Part shown: positions 36,132-46,573 of the stretch, one piece after another
Layout: each line of letters opens with the position of its first letter
Numbering within the stretch: the stretch's first letter is position 1
Assembly (NCBI GenBank): GCA_030691735.1
Contig: JAUYDS010000117.1
Location: forward strand, 17,280-81,279
Direction of reading: 5' to 3'
DNA length: 64,000 bases
DNA from: Candidatus Aminicenantes bacterium
GTDB taxonomy: Bacteria > Acidobacteriota > Aminicenantia > Aminicenantales > UBA4085
The notes under the pieces: generated by a model
Told to the model about the DNA's origin: nothing
Seen by the model: the letters and a program-made list of their open reading frames with translations, nothing else
Database searches by the model: none
Position numbers and translations under genes: made by a program

Positions 36132-37274
36132 ATGGATTTTGAACTCAGCGAAGAACAGAAGATGGTCATCGAGGAGGCGAAGAAGTTCGCCGAGAAGAAA
36201 CTCGCTCCCGTCGTCGAGAAGCTGGACGAGAGGCAGGAGGTCAACCTCACCGCTCTGAAGGAATTGGGGGAGCTGGGCTATCTGGGCATGACCGTCCCCG
36301 AGGAATACGGCGGGACGAACCTTGGGGCCATCCCCTATGTCGGGGCCATGATCGAGTTCAGCAAGGTGGACGCCGGCACGGCCGTCGGCGTGTCCGTGCA
36401 GAACTCATTGGTCAACGATGCCATCGTCATGTTCGGGACGGAAGAGCAGAAAAAGAAATACCTGCCCAAGCTGGTCACGGGGGAGTGGCTTGGCTGCTTC
36501 TCGCTGACGGAGGCGGGCGCCGGCAGCGACCCCGGATCGCTCCGCGCTTCGGCCGTCCGCGACGGCGATCATTTCGTCCTGAACGGGACCAAGAATTTCA
36601 CGACCAACGGCGGATTCGCGGACGTCATCATCGCCTTCCTCCAAACGGACAAGGAAAAAGGGGCCAAGGGGATCTCGGCCTTTATCATCCCGAACACGGC
36701 CCCGGGTTTTTCCGTCGGGAAGCACGAGAACAAGCTGGGGATCCGCACATCGAGCACGACGGAAATGGTCTTCACCGACTGCCGCGTCCCGGCCGACCAT
36801 CTCTTGGGCAAGGAGAACAAGGGCCTGAACATCGCCCTGGCCACCCTGGACTGCGGCCGCATCGGCATCGCGGCCCAGGCCGTCGGGATCGCCGAGGCCG
36901 CCCTGGAGGAGGCCGTCAAGTACGCCAAGGAGCGGACCCAGTTCGGCCAGAAGCTGGCCGATTTCCAGGCGCTCCAGTTCATGCTGGCCGACATGGCCGT
37001 GGACGTGGAGGTGGCCAAGGCCATGCTCTACCGCGCCGCCTGGCTGAAGGACTCCGGAAAAAAATTTACGAAGGAATCGGCCATCATCAAATTGTTCGCC
37101 TCGGAAATGTCCCACCGGGTCTGTCATAAGGCCCTCCAGATCCACGGCGGCTATGGTTTCATGAAGGACTACAAAGTGGAACGGCTGTATCGCGACCAGC
37201 GGATCACGGAGATCTACGAGGGCACGTCGGAGATCCAGCGGGTCGTGATCGCCCGGTCGCTCTTGATGGACTAA
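36132..37274 (+). CDS. acyl-CoA dehydrogenase (short/medium-chain type)
   Basis: 380 aa; ACAD N/M/C domains, catalytic-base region YEGTSEIQR near the C-terminus. Confidence 0.85.
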   Translation: MDFELSEEQKMVIEEAKKFAEKKLAPVVEKLDERQEVNLTALKELGELGYLGMTVPEEYGGTNLGAIPYVGAMIEFSKVDAGTAVGVSVQNSLVNDAIVMFGTEEQKKKYLPKLVTGEWLGCFSLTEAGAGSDPGSLRASAVRDGDHFVLNGTKNFTTNGGFADVIIAFLQTDKEKGAKGISAFIIPNTAPGFSVGKHENKLGIRTSSTTEMVFTDCRVPADHLLGKENKGLNIALATLDCGRIGIAAQAVGIAEAALEEAVKYAKERTQFGQKLADFQALQFMLADMAVDVEVAKAMLYRAAWLKDSGKKFTKESAIIKLFASEMSHRVCHKALQIHGGYGFMKDYKVERLYRDQRITEIYEGTSEIQRVVIARSLLMD

Positions 37275-37285
37275 GGAGGTTCGCC

Positions 37286-38059
37286 ATGAATTATGAAATT
37301 CTGAAAATGGAAGCGGCCGACGGCGTCGCCGTCGTCACGGTCTCCCGGCCCCAGGCCCTCAACGCCCTGAACACCCGCTTCTTCCAGGAGATGGATTCAC
37401 TCCTTGGCGAGATTGCCGAACGGGACGAGATCAAGGTCGTCGTCCTCACCGGCGAGGGCAAAGCCTTCGTCGCCGGGGCCGACATCGCCGAGATGGTCCA
37501 CAAGACGCAGAGTGAGGGCCAGGCTTTTTCGATCATGGGCCAGAAAACATTCCGGGGCCTGGAGTTTCTCGAGAAGCCGGTGATCGCGGCGATCAACGGC
37601 TTCGCTCTCGGCGGAGGGCTGGAACTGGCCCTGGCCTGCGACCTCCGCATCGCCAGCGCCAAAGCTAAATTCGGCCAGCCCGAGGTCAACCTGGGACTGA
37701 TCCCCGGCTACGCCGCGACGCAGCGGTTGCCCCGGCTCATCGGCCTGGGCAACGCCTTCTTCCTGCTCATGACGGGCGAAATGGTCGGCGCCGAGGACGC
37801 CCTGCGAATGGGACTGGTCCAAAAGGTCGTCGAGCCCGAACAGCTTTTGCCCACGGTCCTGGCCTTGGCCAAGACGATCGCCGCCAAGGGCCCCAAGGCC
37901 GTCAAGCTGGTCAAGCACGTCGTCCGCGTCGGATCCCTGATGGATTTCGAGTCGGGCTGCGCTTTGGAATCGGAGAAGTTCGGCTCCTTGTTCGAGAACG
38001 AAGGGGCCGAAGGGATGCGGGCCTTCCTCGAAAAACGCGCGCCGAAATGGACAGCCTGA
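37286..38059 (+). CDS. enoyl-CoA hydratase (crotonase family)
   Basis: 257 aa; crotonase fold with FVAGADI and GGGLELAL motifs. Confidence 0.8.
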   Translation: MNYEILKMEAADGVAVVTVSRPQALNALNTRFFQEMDSLLGEIAERDEIKVVVLTGEGKAFVAGADIAEMVHKTQSEGQAFSIMGQKTFRGLEFLEKPVIAAINGFALGGGLELALACDLRIASAKAKFGQPEVNLGLIPGYAATQRLPRLIGLGNAFFLLMTGEMVGAEDALRMGLVQKVVEPEQLLPTVLALAKTIAAKGPKAVKLVKHVVRVGSLMDFESGCALESEKFGSLFENEGAEGMRAFLEKRAPKWTA

Positions 38060-38081
38060 TCCTTTAGGGAAGGAGAACGAC

Positions 38082-39419
38082 ATGAACTACGCGGATCGAT
38101 TGGAGAACGTCGCCGTTCTGGGCGCTGCCGGAAAGATGGGCAGCGGCATCGTCCTGCTCACGGCCATGGAGATGGCCGACCTGAAACTGGAGGCTGGGGC
38201 CGTCGCCAAGGACTATGTCTTGCAGGCCATCGATGTCTCACCGAAGGGCCTCTCGGGCTTGATCCAATATCTTCGCGACCAGGTCCTGCGGGCCGCGGAG
38301 AAAAAAGCCGTCGGACTGCGGAAGGCTTATGAGGGCCGCCAGGACCTGGTCGAGAACGAGGACATCGTCAATCAGTACGTCGAGGACGTCTTGTCCGTCG
38401 TTCGTCCGACGACCAAGATCGAGGCGGCCTATGACGCCGGGATCGTCTTCGAGGCCGTCAGCGAAAACCCTGAGCTCAAGGTCAAGCTCCTGTCCCAGAT
38501 CAAAGCGAACAACACCAAGAACGCCCTGTTCCTGACCAACACCTCGTCCATCCCGATCTCCGAGCTGAACGACAAGGTCAAGCTCGACGGCCGCATCATC
38601 GGCTTCCACTTTTACAATCCTCCGGCCGTCCAAAAGCTCGTCGAGATCATCCGGGCGGAGGCCACGGTCCCCGACCTGGCCGATTTCGCGACGCAGTTCG
38701 CCAAGAAGCTGCGAAAGACCGTCGTGCCCTCGCACGATGTGGCCGGGTTCATCGGGAACGGGCACTTCATGCGGGACGCCCTGCACGGGATCGCCGAGGC
38801 CGAGAAGCTGGCCGCGGATATGACTCTTGCCGACGCCGTTTATGTCGTCAATAAGGTCAGCCAGGACTTCCTGATCCGGCCCATGGGGATCTTTCAGTTG
38901 ATCGATTATGTCGGCGTGGACGTCTGCCAGTATATTTTGAAAGTGATGAACGACCGGATGCCCGGAGCGAAGCTCCACAGCGCCCTCCTGGACCGAGTCG
39001 CGGCGCTCGGCGTGCTGGGCGGCCAGTTCGCCGACGGCTCGCAGAAGGACGGCTTTCTCAAGTATGGGAAAGGACGGCCGACGGGAGTCTTCAATCCGGA
39101 TAAAAAAGCCTATGTCCCCGTCGCCGAGATCGCCGCGCGGCGCGACGAAAAGCTCGGACCCCAGCCGGCTCAGGCCAAGCCCTGGAAGCAGGTCATCTCG
39201 CTCGCCGACAAGGCGGCTTTCCTGGACGGATATTTCAACGAGCTGCGGGAGATGACCACGCCTGGGGCGGAGCTGGCCCGGACCTACGGCCGGCGGTCCA
39301 AGGACATCGGACTCGGCCTGGTCAAGGACCGCGTTGCCGCCCGGGACGAGGACGTCAATACCGTCCTGCTCACGGGCTTCTACCACGCCTACGGCCCGAT
39401 CAATCATTATTTCGACTGA
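38082..39419 (+). CDS. 3-hydroxyacyl-CoA dehydrogenase family protein
   Basis: 445 aa; N-terminal NAD-binding VAVLGAAGKMGSGIV and 3HCDH C-terminal domains; sits between the hydratase and a thiolase. Confidence 0.6.
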   Translation: MNYADRLENVAVLGAAGKMGSGIVLLTAMEMADLKLEAGAVAKDYVLQAIDVSPKGLSGLIQYLRDQVLRAAEKKAVGLRKAYEGRQDLVENEDIVNQYVEDVLSVVRPTTKIEAAYDAGIVFEAVSENPELKVKLLSQIKANNTKNALFLTNTSSIPISELNDKVKLDGRIIGFHFYNPPAVQKLVEIIRAEATVPDLADFATQFAKKLRKTVVPSHDVAGFIGNGHFMRDALHGIAEAEKLAADMTLADAVYVVNKVSQDFLIRPMGIFQLIDYVGVDVCQYILKVMNDRMPGAKLHSALLDRVAALGVLGGQFADGSQKDGFLKYGKGRPTGVFNPDKKAYVPVAEIAARRDEKLGPQPAQAKPWKQVISLADKAAFLDGYFNELREMTTPGAELARTYGRRSKDIGLGLVKDRVAARDEDVNTVLLTGFYHAYGPINHYFD

Positions 39420-39430
39420 GAGGGAAGACA

Positions 39431-40678
39431 ATGAACAACGATCGTCGCAAGGTCTTTATGACGGCGGGCTACCAAACCGTCTCCATGGGCAGCGGCCGGA
39501 AAGAGTTCCATCCCAAGAAGCCCCGGCCCGGCCTCGAAGACTACATCAAGGAAGCCGGCCAGGGGACGCTCAAGCAGATCGGCGGCGGACAGAACGTCGA
39601 TGAGGGCGTCATCAGCAATTTCATGGCCGCCAGGTTCAACCGACAGGGCCACCTGGCGGCTTTGATCCCGTCGGTGGACGAGACGCTCCGCTGGAAGCCG
39701 TGTATCCGCGTCGAAGGCGCCTGTGGCTCCGGGGGACTGGGACTGATGACCGCGGTCAAATCCGTGCTGGCCGGGACGGCGGATGTCGTCCTGACGATCG
39801 GCGTCGAGGTTCAAAACACGGTCAAGGCGATCTACGGCGCGGACTATCTGGCCGGGGCCGGCTGGTACAAGGGCGAACGGAAGAAAGGCCATGTCTATTT
39901 CTTCCCCGCGCTCTTCAGCGACCGGGCGGGGGCCACCTTCGAAAAGTTCGGCCGGGACAAGACGCGGCGCGCCTTCGCCCGCTGGTATCGGAACGCCGTG
40001 GAGAACGCCCGGCTGTGCGAGACCGCCCAGGAATTCCACAATACGACGGCCGATCTCGAAGCGCTGGGGCTGACCGAGCCGAACCCGCGGAATTTCGTCG
40101 AGCACCTCAACGTCTTCGATTGCTCCAAGGTCTCCGACGCGGGGGCGGCCATCGCCGTCGTTTCCGAGAAAGGCCTGGAGAGGATCGGGATGTCCAAGTC
40201 CGCCGCCGTCGAAGTGGTCGGCTGGGGCCAGGTCGAAGCGGACCTGACGGTCCCGCCCGAGGATCCGACGCGGCTCGAAACGACGGCCCGGGCCGTCAAA
40301 AAAGCCCTCGATTCCGCGGGGATTGCGCTCAAAGACCTGGGGACCGTGGAATGCCACGACTGCTTCACGATCTCGGGGCTGTTGTCCGTGGAGGCGATGG
40401 GGCTGGCCAAACCCGGGGAGGGCCCGGATTACATTTTGGACGGGCAGACGTCCCGGCAGGGGACGGTGCCGTTCAACACGTCCGGGGGTCTGATCGGTTG
40501 GGGCCACCCGACGGGCGGGACCGGCGTCCGCCAGGCCGTCACGGTCTGGCAGCAGCTGACCGGAAAGGCGGGGAATTGGCAGATCGTGCTCCCTTCCGGC
40601 CGGCCCTACGCGCTGTCGATCAACATGGGCGGCAACGACAAAACGGTCGTGGCCATCGTCTATCGCCGGGCGGACTGA
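39431..40678 (+). CDS. thiolase-like protein (SCP-x/archaeal-type acetyl-CoA C-acyltransferase)
   Basis: 415 aa; thiolase-fold active-site region ([14 protein letters not shown]) and C-terminal catalytic His/Cys region ([11 protein letters not shown]). Confidence 0.55.
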   Translation: MNNDRRKVFMTAGYQTVSMGSGRKEFHPKKPRPGLEDYIKEAGQGTLKQIGGGQNVDEGVISNFMAARFNRQGHLAALIPSVDETLRWKPCIRVEGACGSGGLGLMTAVKSVLAGTADVVLTIGVEVQNTVKAIYGADYLAGAGWYKGERKKGHVYFFPALFSDRAGATFEKFGRDKTRRAFARWYRNAVENARLCETAQEFHNTTADLEALGLTEPNPRNFVEHLNVFDCSKVSDAGAAIAVVSEKGLERIGMSKSAAVEVVGWGQVEADLTVPPEDPTRLETTARAVKKALDSAGIALKDLGTVECHDCFTISGLLSVEAMGLAKPGEGPDYILDGQTSRQGTVPFNTSGGLIGWGHPTGGTGVRQAVTVWQQLTGKAGNWQIVLPSGRPYALSINMGGNDKTVVAIVYRRAD

Positions 40679-40697
40679 CGCCCATCCGCTAGCTGCC

Positions 40698-42266
40698 ATG
40701 GCCGATAAGACGCCCCAAGACCTCGACCGGTTGAGAGCCCGGCTGGCCGATTTAGAGAAGCAGGCGGAGCTCGGCGGCGGCCGGGAGCGCATCGAGAAAC
40801 TGCACGCCGAAGGGAGATTCACGGCCCGGGAACGCCTGGAACGCCTTCTCGACCCCGGAACGTTCGTCGAACTGGACAAGCTCAAGACCCACCGCTGCGC
40901 CGATTTCGACATGGACAAAAAGAAGGTCCTGGGCGACGGCGTCGTCACGGGATACGGCCGGATCGATGACCGCCTGGTGTACGTCTTCGCCCAGGATTTC
41001 ACCGTCTTCGGCGGCTCGCTGAGCGGGGCCCATTCCGAGAAGATCTGCAAGATCATGGACAAGGCCATGGAGAACGGCGCGCCCGTCATCGGCCTGAACG
41101 ATTCCGGCGGCGCGCGCATCCAGGAAGGCGTGATGAGCCTGGCGGGATACGCCGACATCTTCCTCCGCAATACGCTGGCCTCCGGCGTCGTCCCCCAGAT
41201 CTCGGTCATCATGGGACCCTGCGCCGGAGGCGCCGTCTATTCCCCCGCCATCACCGATTTCATCCTCATGGTCGAGAAGAAATCCTACATGTTTATCACC
41301 GGCCCCGACGTGATCAAAGCCGTGACCCACGAGGCCGTGACCAAGGAGGAACTGGGCGGGGCCATGACCCACGCCGTCAAGAGCGGCGTGGCCCATTTCG
41401 TCGCTCCCGACGAAGAGGACGCTCTGCTCATGGTCCGCGAGCTCATCGGGTTCATGCCGTCCAATAATATGGACGACCCCCCCGTGAGGCCGACCTCCGA
41501 TCCGCCGGACCGGCGGGAGGAGGAGCTGAAAACGATCATCCCTCTGAACCCCAACAAGCCCTATGACATCAAAGCCCTCATCCGCCTCGTCGTCGATGAC
41601 GGCCATTTCTTCGAGGTCCATGAGCACTACGCCCCGAACATCGTCGTCGGGTTCGCCCGGTTCGGCGGATTTTCGGCGGGCATCGTCGCCAACCAGCCGG
41701 CCCATCTGGCCGGCTGCCTGGACACCCATTCCTCAAAGAAGGCCGCCCGTTTCATCCGCTTCTGCGACGCCTTCAACATCCCCCTGGTCTCGTTCGTCGA
41801 CGTACCGGGTTTCCTGCCCGGCACGGAGCAGGAGTTCAGCGGGATCATCAAGGACGGGGCGAAGCTCCTCTTCGCTTACGCGGAATCGACGGTCCCGAAG
41901 GTCACGATCATCACCAGGAAGGCTTACGGCGGCGCCTATGACGTCATGGCCTCCAAGCATATCCGGGGCGATGTGAACCTCGCCTATCCCACGGCGGAGA
42001 TCGCGGTCATGGGACCGGACGGGGCCGTCAACATCATCTTTCGCAACGAGATCCACAAGGCCGCGGACCCCGACCGGACGCGGGAGGAACTGGTGGCCAA
42101 TTACCGGAACACGTTTGCCGATCCCTACCAGGCCGCGGCGCTGGGCTACATCGACGCGGTCATCTATCCGGAAGACACCCGCCGCCACATCATCCAGTCG
42201 CTGAAGATGCTTCAGAACAAGCGCCAGAAGAACCCGCCCAAGAAGCACGGCAACATCCCCCTGTGA
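40698..42266 (+). CDS. propionyl-CoA carboxylase beta / methylmalonyl-CoA carboxyltransferase 12S subunit
   Basis: 522 aa; carboxyltransferase N and C domains ([20 protein letters not shown]). Confidence 0.85.
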   Translation: MADKTPQDLDRLRARLADLEKQAELGGGRERIEKLHAEGRFTARERLERLLDPGTFVELDKLKTHRCADFDMDKKKVLGDGVVTGYGRIDDRLVYVFAQDFTVFGGSLSGAHSEKICKIMDKAMENGAPVIGLNDSGGARIQEGVMSLAGYADIFLRNTLASGVVPQISVIMGPCAGGAVYSPAITDFILMVEKKSYMFITGPDVIKAVTHEAVTKEELGGAMTHAVKSGVAHFVAPDEEDALLMVRELIGFMPSNNMDDPPVRPTSDPPDRREEELKTIIPLNPNKPYDIKALIRLVVDDGHFFEVHEHYAPNIVVGFARFGGFSAGIVANQPAHLAGCLDTHSSKKAARFIRFCDAFNIPLVSFVDVPGFLPGTEQEFSGIIKDGAKLLFAYAESTVPKVTIITRKAYGGAYDVMASKHIRGDVNLAYPTAEIAVMGPDGAVNIIFRNEIHKAADPDRTREELVANYRNTFADPYQAAALGYIDAVIYPEDTRRHIIQSLKMLQNKRQKNPPKKHGNIPL

Positions 42267-42279
42267 GGGAATCCGCAAT

Positions 42280-43791
42280 ATGACGAAGCGGCCGCGGCGG
42301 CTCGAAAAGATCCTGATCGCGAACAGGGGAGAGATCGCCGTCCGCGTCGAGCGGACCTGCCGCGAGCTCGGGCGGACGACCGTGGCCGTGTTCTCCGACC
42401 CCGACCGCCACGCTCTGCACGTGAGATACGCGGACGAGGCCTATCCCCTGGGCGGATCGACGCCCGCGGAAACGTATCTTGACCAAGCCAAGATCTTCGA
42501 CATCGCCCGCCGCTCCGGCGCCGACGCCGTCCATCCCGGTTATGGATTTCTCAGCGAGAACCCCTCTTTCGCCGCGGCCTGCCGCGAGCGCGGCCTGGTC
42601 TTCATCGGCCCCTCGGCCGAATCGATCGAGCTCATGGGCGAGAAGACCCGGGCGCGCGAGCGGATGAGTCGGGCCGGCGTCCCGATCGTCCCCGGGACTC
42701 CGCCGCTGGCGGCGGTCCAGGAAGCCCTGAGCGAGGCCCGGCGCCTCAGCTTCCCCGTCCTGATCAAAGCCGCGGCCGGCGGCGGGGGCAAGGGGATGCG
42801 CCGCGTGGATCGCCCCGACGATTTCGGCCCGGCCTTCGAAGCCTGCCGGCGTGAAGCCTTGTCCGCGTTCGGCGACGACCGCGTCTATCTCGAAAAATAT
42901 CTCGAGGAACCTCACCACGTGGAGTTCCAGATCCTGGCCGATGCGCAGGGCCGGACGATCCATCTCTTCGAGCGGGAGTGCTCCATCCAGAGACGGCACC
43001 AAAAGATCATCGAGGAGACGCCGTCGCCCCTGATGACCAAGGACCTCCGGGCCCGAATGGGCCAAGCGGCCGTCAGGGCGGCCGAAGCCTGCGGCTACAC
43101 CAACGCCGGCACGATCGAATTTCTCGTCGACGCCGGCCGCCGCTTCTATTTTTTGGAGATGAACACCCGTCTCCAGGTCGAGCATCCCATCACCGAGATG
43201 GTCACCGGCGTCGACCTCGTCGAGCGCCAGATCCGCATCGCCGAAGGCGAACCCCTGGAAGACCGCCATCTCTCCCAGCGTGGGACGGCCATGGAATGCC
43301 GGATATACGCTGAGGACCCCTGGAATCACTTCCTTCCTTCGCCGGGCTTGATCCGGAAACTGTCTCCGCCGGGAGGTCCGGGCGTCCGGGACGACACGGG
43401 CGTCTACGCCGGATTTACCGTTCCCATGGAGTACGATCCGTTGTTGGCCAAGCTGGTCGTCTGGGGCGAAAACCGGCAACAGACCCTGGCCCGGATGAGC
43501 CGGGCTCTCGAGGAATATCGATTGATCGGGATACGAACCAATATCCCTTATCTCCGGAGGATCGTCCGCCATCCGGAATTCGCCAGGGGCGCCTATGATA
43601 CGCATTTCCTGATGAAGCACCAGGACGAGCTTTTAAAGTTCGACCGGAGCGATCATGACCGTATTGCCCTGGCGGCGGCCGCCGTCCTCGCCTGGCGGGG
43701 CGAAGAGAAGAGCACGGCCGGCCCCGCGGCCGGAAATTCCGCTGCCTCGGCCTGGAAAATGGCGGGCCGCCCGGGAGTCTCCGACTCGTGA
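42280..43791 (+). CDS. biotin carboxylase (acyl-CoA carboxylase alpha, no fused BCCP)
   Basis: 503 aa; MTKRPRRLEKILIANRGEIAVRV N-terminus, ATP-grasp and BC C-terminal domain. Confidence 0.85.
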   Translation: MTKRPRRLEKILIANRGEIAVRVERTCRELGRTTVAVFSDPDRHALHVRYADEAYPLGGSTPAETYLDQAKIFDIARRSGADAVHPGYGFLSENPSFAAACRERGLVFIGPSAESIELMGEKTRARERMSRAGVPIVPGTPPLAAVQEALSEARRLSFPVLIKAAAGGGGKGMRRVDRPDDFGPAFEACRREALSAFGDDRVYLEKYLEEPHHVEFQILADAQGRTIHLFERECSIQRRHQKIIEETPSPLMTKDLRARMGQAAVRAAEACGYTNAGTIEFLVDAGRRFYFLEMNTRLQVEHPITEMVTGVDLVERQIRIAEGEPLEDRHLSQRGTAMECRIYAEDPWNHFLPSPGLIRKLSPPGGPGVRDDTGVYAGFTVPMEYDPLLAKLVVWGENRQQTLARMSRALEEYRLIGIRTNIPYLRRIVRHPEFARGAYDTHFLMKHQDELLKFDRSDHDRIALAAAAVLAWRGEEKSTAGPAAGNSAASAWKMAGRPGVSDS

Positions 43792-44306
43792 AGAAATTCG
43801 CGGTCCTTCTGAACGGTCGGGCCGCGCAGGTGGGGATCGCGCCTCTCGATGACCACCGTTTTACGGTCGTCATCGACGACGTCCCCTTTGACGTCGACGT
43901 CCGTTCCGCCGGGCCGGATTCCCTATCGTTGTTGATGGAGAACCGTTCGATCGACCTGTCCTATTTCTTTCGCGGCGATCAGATGGAACTCCATTTCGGG
44001 GACCAATGCTTTCAGCTGGAGATCCTGAACGAGCGCAGAAAGGGGACGCGGCAAAGCCGGACGAGCGGGGAATCGTCAGGACCGGAGATCATCAAGGCCT
44101 TCATGCCGGGAAAGATCGTCCAGGTCGGCGTCCGGCCGGGCGATCGCGTGGCCCCCGGCGCGAGCGTCCTCATCATCGAGGCCATGAAAATGGAGAACGA
44201 GATCTTCTGCCGCTGCGGCGGGGTCGTCCGAGCCGTTCATGTCAAGTCCGGCCAGGCGATCGAGAACGACGCGGTCCTCGTCGAGATCGATCCTGACACG
44301 GGCTGA
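43788..44306 (+). CDS. biotin carboxyl carrier protein (biotinyl domain)
   Basis: 172 aa; C-terminal biotinyl-lysine motif IIEAMKMENEI. Confidence 0.7.
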   Translation: MKKFAVLLNGRAAQVGIAPLDDHRFTVVIDDVPFDVDVRSAGPDSLSLLMENRSIDLSYFFRGDQMELHFGDQCFQLEILNERRKGTRQSRTSGESSGPEIIKAFMPGKIVQVGVRPGDRVAPGASVLIIEAMKMENEIFCRCGGVVRAVHVKSGQAIENDAVLVEIDPDTG

Positions 44307-44330
44307 GCGTTTCGGGATCCTAAGACATCC

Positions 44331-44753
44331 CTATTCGTGCCGTCGGCCGCCTGGTCTCTCTTCGCAAATTTCCAGGAGAACGCGGCCGGTGTCGTGCGGA
44401 TGCAGAAAGGCCACCTTCGCCCCACCCGCGCCCGGCCGGGGGGCGGGGTCGAGGGCGCGGATCCCGTTCTCGATCAGATGGGCAAGCGTCCCTTCGGCGT
44501 CGTCGACGCCGAAGGCGAGATGATGCAATCCTTCGCCCCGCCGCTCGATGAACGTCGAGATCGTGGAATCCGGCGAGGTGGCCTGGATCAGTTCCAGGCG
44601 GACTCCGCCGACATCGAAGACGGCGACCCGGAGCCCGCGGTCGGGCAGGTCCTCATAACCTTCGAACTTGAGCCCCAGCACGTCTCGGTAGAAAACCAGG
44701 TGCGTCTCGATGTCTTTGACGGCGATGCCGACATGGTCGATCTTCCGGATCAT
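44331..44753 (-). CDS. methylmalonyl-CoA epimerase (VOC/glyoxalase family)
   Basis: Start at internal ATG (MIRKIDHVGIAVKDIE..), 140 aa; typical epimerase N-terminus and paired betaalphabetabetabeta modules. The ORF-track N-extension is Arg-rich and unlikely. Confidence 0.7.
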   Translation of the reverse strand: MIRKIDHVGIAVKDIETHLVFYRDVLGLKFEGYEDLPDRGLRVAVFDVGGVRLELIQATSPDSTISTFIERRGEGLHHLAFGVDDAEGTLAHLIENGIRALDPAPRPGAGGAKVAFLHPHDTGRVLLEICEERPGGRRHE

Positions 44754-44761
44754 GGTCGGCG

Positions 44762-45904
44762 TCACTCCCCGATAAGCTCGCGGGCGATGACGAGACGCTG
44801 GATCTCGCTCGTCCCCTCGCCGATGGTGCACAGCTTGGCGTCGCGCCAATGTTTTTCCACGGGATAGTCCTTGCAATAGCCGTAGCCGCCGTGGATCTGG
44901 ACGGCGTCCTCCGCCACCCGGACCGCGGCCTCGGACGCGTAGAGCTTGGCCTGGGCCGAGATCAGGGTCGTTTTCCGGCCGGCGTCCTTTTCGTCGGCGG
45001 CATGCTCGGTGAGCAGGCGGGCGGCGTGGACCGCGGTGGCCATATCGGCCAGCTTGAATCGGACCGCTTGGAAGGCGGCGATCGGCCGGTTGAACTGGCG
45101 CCTCTGCTTGGCGTAAGCGACGGCCGCGTCGAGCGCCCCTCTGGCGATCCCCACGGCGAGCGCGGCGATGGAGATGCGGCCGCCGTCGAGGATCTCCATA
45201 GCCTGGATGAAGCCCTCGCCCTCGCGGCCGAGGAGGGCGTCCTCGCCGACCCGGCAGTCCTCGAGAACGAGAGAGGCCGTGTCGGAGACGCGCATGCCGA
45301 CCTTGTCCTCGTGCTTCCCAACGGATACGCCGGGGGCGTCAAGCGGGACGATGAAGGCGGAGATGCCGCGATGGTCGGTGCCGGGCTTCGTCCTGGCCAT
45401 CATGACCCCGACGCCGCCGACACTGGCGTGGGTGATGAAGTTTTTGGTCCCGTTCAGCACCCAGCCCTGGCCGTCGCGGACGGCCGTCGTTTTGGTCGCG
45501 CCGGAGTCCGATCCGGCCTCGGGTTCGGTCAGGCCCCAGGCGCCGAGCGTTTCCCCGCCGGCCAGCCGGCGGACCCAGGCGCGGCGGGCGGCCTCCGTCC
45601 CGTACGTGTGGATATGGCTCGTGCACAGGGAGTTGTGGGCCGCCACCGAGAGGGCGATGCCGCCCTCGACGGCTCCCAGCTCCTCGAGAACCGCGACATA
45701 ATGCCTGTAGGTCAATCCGGAACCGCCGAGCTCCTCGGGGATCAGGATCCCCATCATCCCCAGCTCGCCGAGCCGGCGGAAGATGTCCTTGGGGAAGAAC
45801 GCTTTGTCATCCCATTCCCGGGCGTGAGGCGCGATCTCCGTCCGGGCGAAATCGCGGACCATCTCCCGGATCTCTTTCAACGATTCGATGTGGTTGTCGG
45901 TCAT
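44762..45904 (-). CDS. acyl-CoA dehydrogenase (isovaleryl-CoA dehydrogenase-like)
   Basis: Start at [12 protein letters not shown] (ATG 45904); ACAD family with GEGTSEIQR catalytic region; last gene of the liu-like minus-strand operon. Confidence 0.8.
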   Translation of the reverse strand: MTDNHIESLKEIREMVRDFARTEIAPHAREWDDKAFFPKDIFRRLGELGMMGILIPEELGGSGLTYRHYVAVLEELGAVEGGIALSVAAHNSLCTSHIHTYGTEAARRAWVRRLAGGETLGAWGLTEPEAGSDSGATKTTAVRDGQGWVLNGTKNFITHASVGGVGVMMARTKPGTDHRGISAFIVPLDAPGVSVGKHEDKVGMRVSDTASLVLEDCRVGEDALLGREGEGFIQAMEILDGGRISIAALAVGIARGALDAAVAYAKQRRQFNRPIAAFQAVRFKLADMATAVHAARLLTEHAADEKDAGRKTTLISAQAKLYASEAAVRVAEDAVQIHGGYGYCKDYPVEKHWRDAKLCTIGEGTSEIQRLVIARELIGE

Positions 45905-45934
45905 GGTTAGACCCTCCTTGTTGTTAAAGCGCGG

Positions 45935-46062
45935 ACACAAGGGGACATGTACCTTGGGGACACATACTTCGGGGACACGGAGAAGTTGAGACATATGTTG
46001 CATTTCTGGAGATTAATAAGGGATGTGTCCCCAAGGTACATGTCCCTAAAGTATGTGTCCCC
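45935..46062. promoter_or_regulatory. symmetrical array of GGGGACA / TGTCCCC heptamers (3 forward, 3 reverse) including an about 27-nt inverted repeat, inside the liu-like operon
   Basis: aaGGGGACAtgtaccttGGGGACAcatacttcGGGGACAcgg ... ggaTGTGTCCCCaaggtacaTGTCCCtaaagtatgTGTCCCC; 45940-45966 is the near-perfect reverse complement of 46021-46047. Confidence 0.4.
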
Positions 46063-46068
46063 ATTTTA

Positions 46069-46572
46069 TTATTTCGCTTCGAGCTCAAGCAGCAGCCGTT
46101 CCGGATCGACCAGCTCGCCTTCGGCGACGTGGATCTTTTTAACCGACCCGTCGAGCGACGATTTGATCTCGTTCTCCATCTTCATCGCCTCGACGATGAC
46201 CAGCGTCTGGTTCTTCCTCACCGCCTCGCCTTCGGCGACGAGGACCTTGATGACCTTGCCCGGCATCGGCGCCTTGATCTTGAGCCCGCCGCCGGGACCT
46301 TTGTGGTCGTCCGTCCAGGAGCGGCCGGCCGCTTCGCCGGGCTCGCGGAGGACGTATTGCCGGCCTCCGACGAAGACGATCTCGCGGTCCTTGTCCCGGG
46401 CGATCAAGACCTCGTGAGACCGGCCGCCGACGACGAGCGTCAGCTCGTTGTCCGAGATCCGCCGGACATCGGCTTCGAACTCGACGTCTCCCTGCTTGAT
46501 ATGAAAGACGCCGTTCTTCTCTTCGACAGCCACTTTTTTTGTAACGCCGTCCACCAGGAATTCGAACTCCAT
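46069..46572 (-). CDS. biotin carboxyl carrier protein
   Basis: 167 aa; biotinyl motif IVEAMKMENEI. Confidence 0.7.
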   Translation of the reverse strand: MEFEFLVDGVTKKVAVEEKNGVFHIKQGDVEFEADVRRISDNELTLVVGGRSHEVLIARDKDREIVFVGGRQYVLREPGEAAGRSWTDDHKGPGGGLKIKAPMPGKVIKVLVAEGEAVRKNQTLVIVEAMKMENEIKSSLDGSVKKIHVAEGELVDPERLLLELEAK

Positions 46573-46573
46573 G

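Noticed and set aside
39407-41212. 601-aa minus-strand ORF antisense to thiolase/pccB
   Set aside because: Antisense artefact (Arg/Pro/Ser-rich), no domains.
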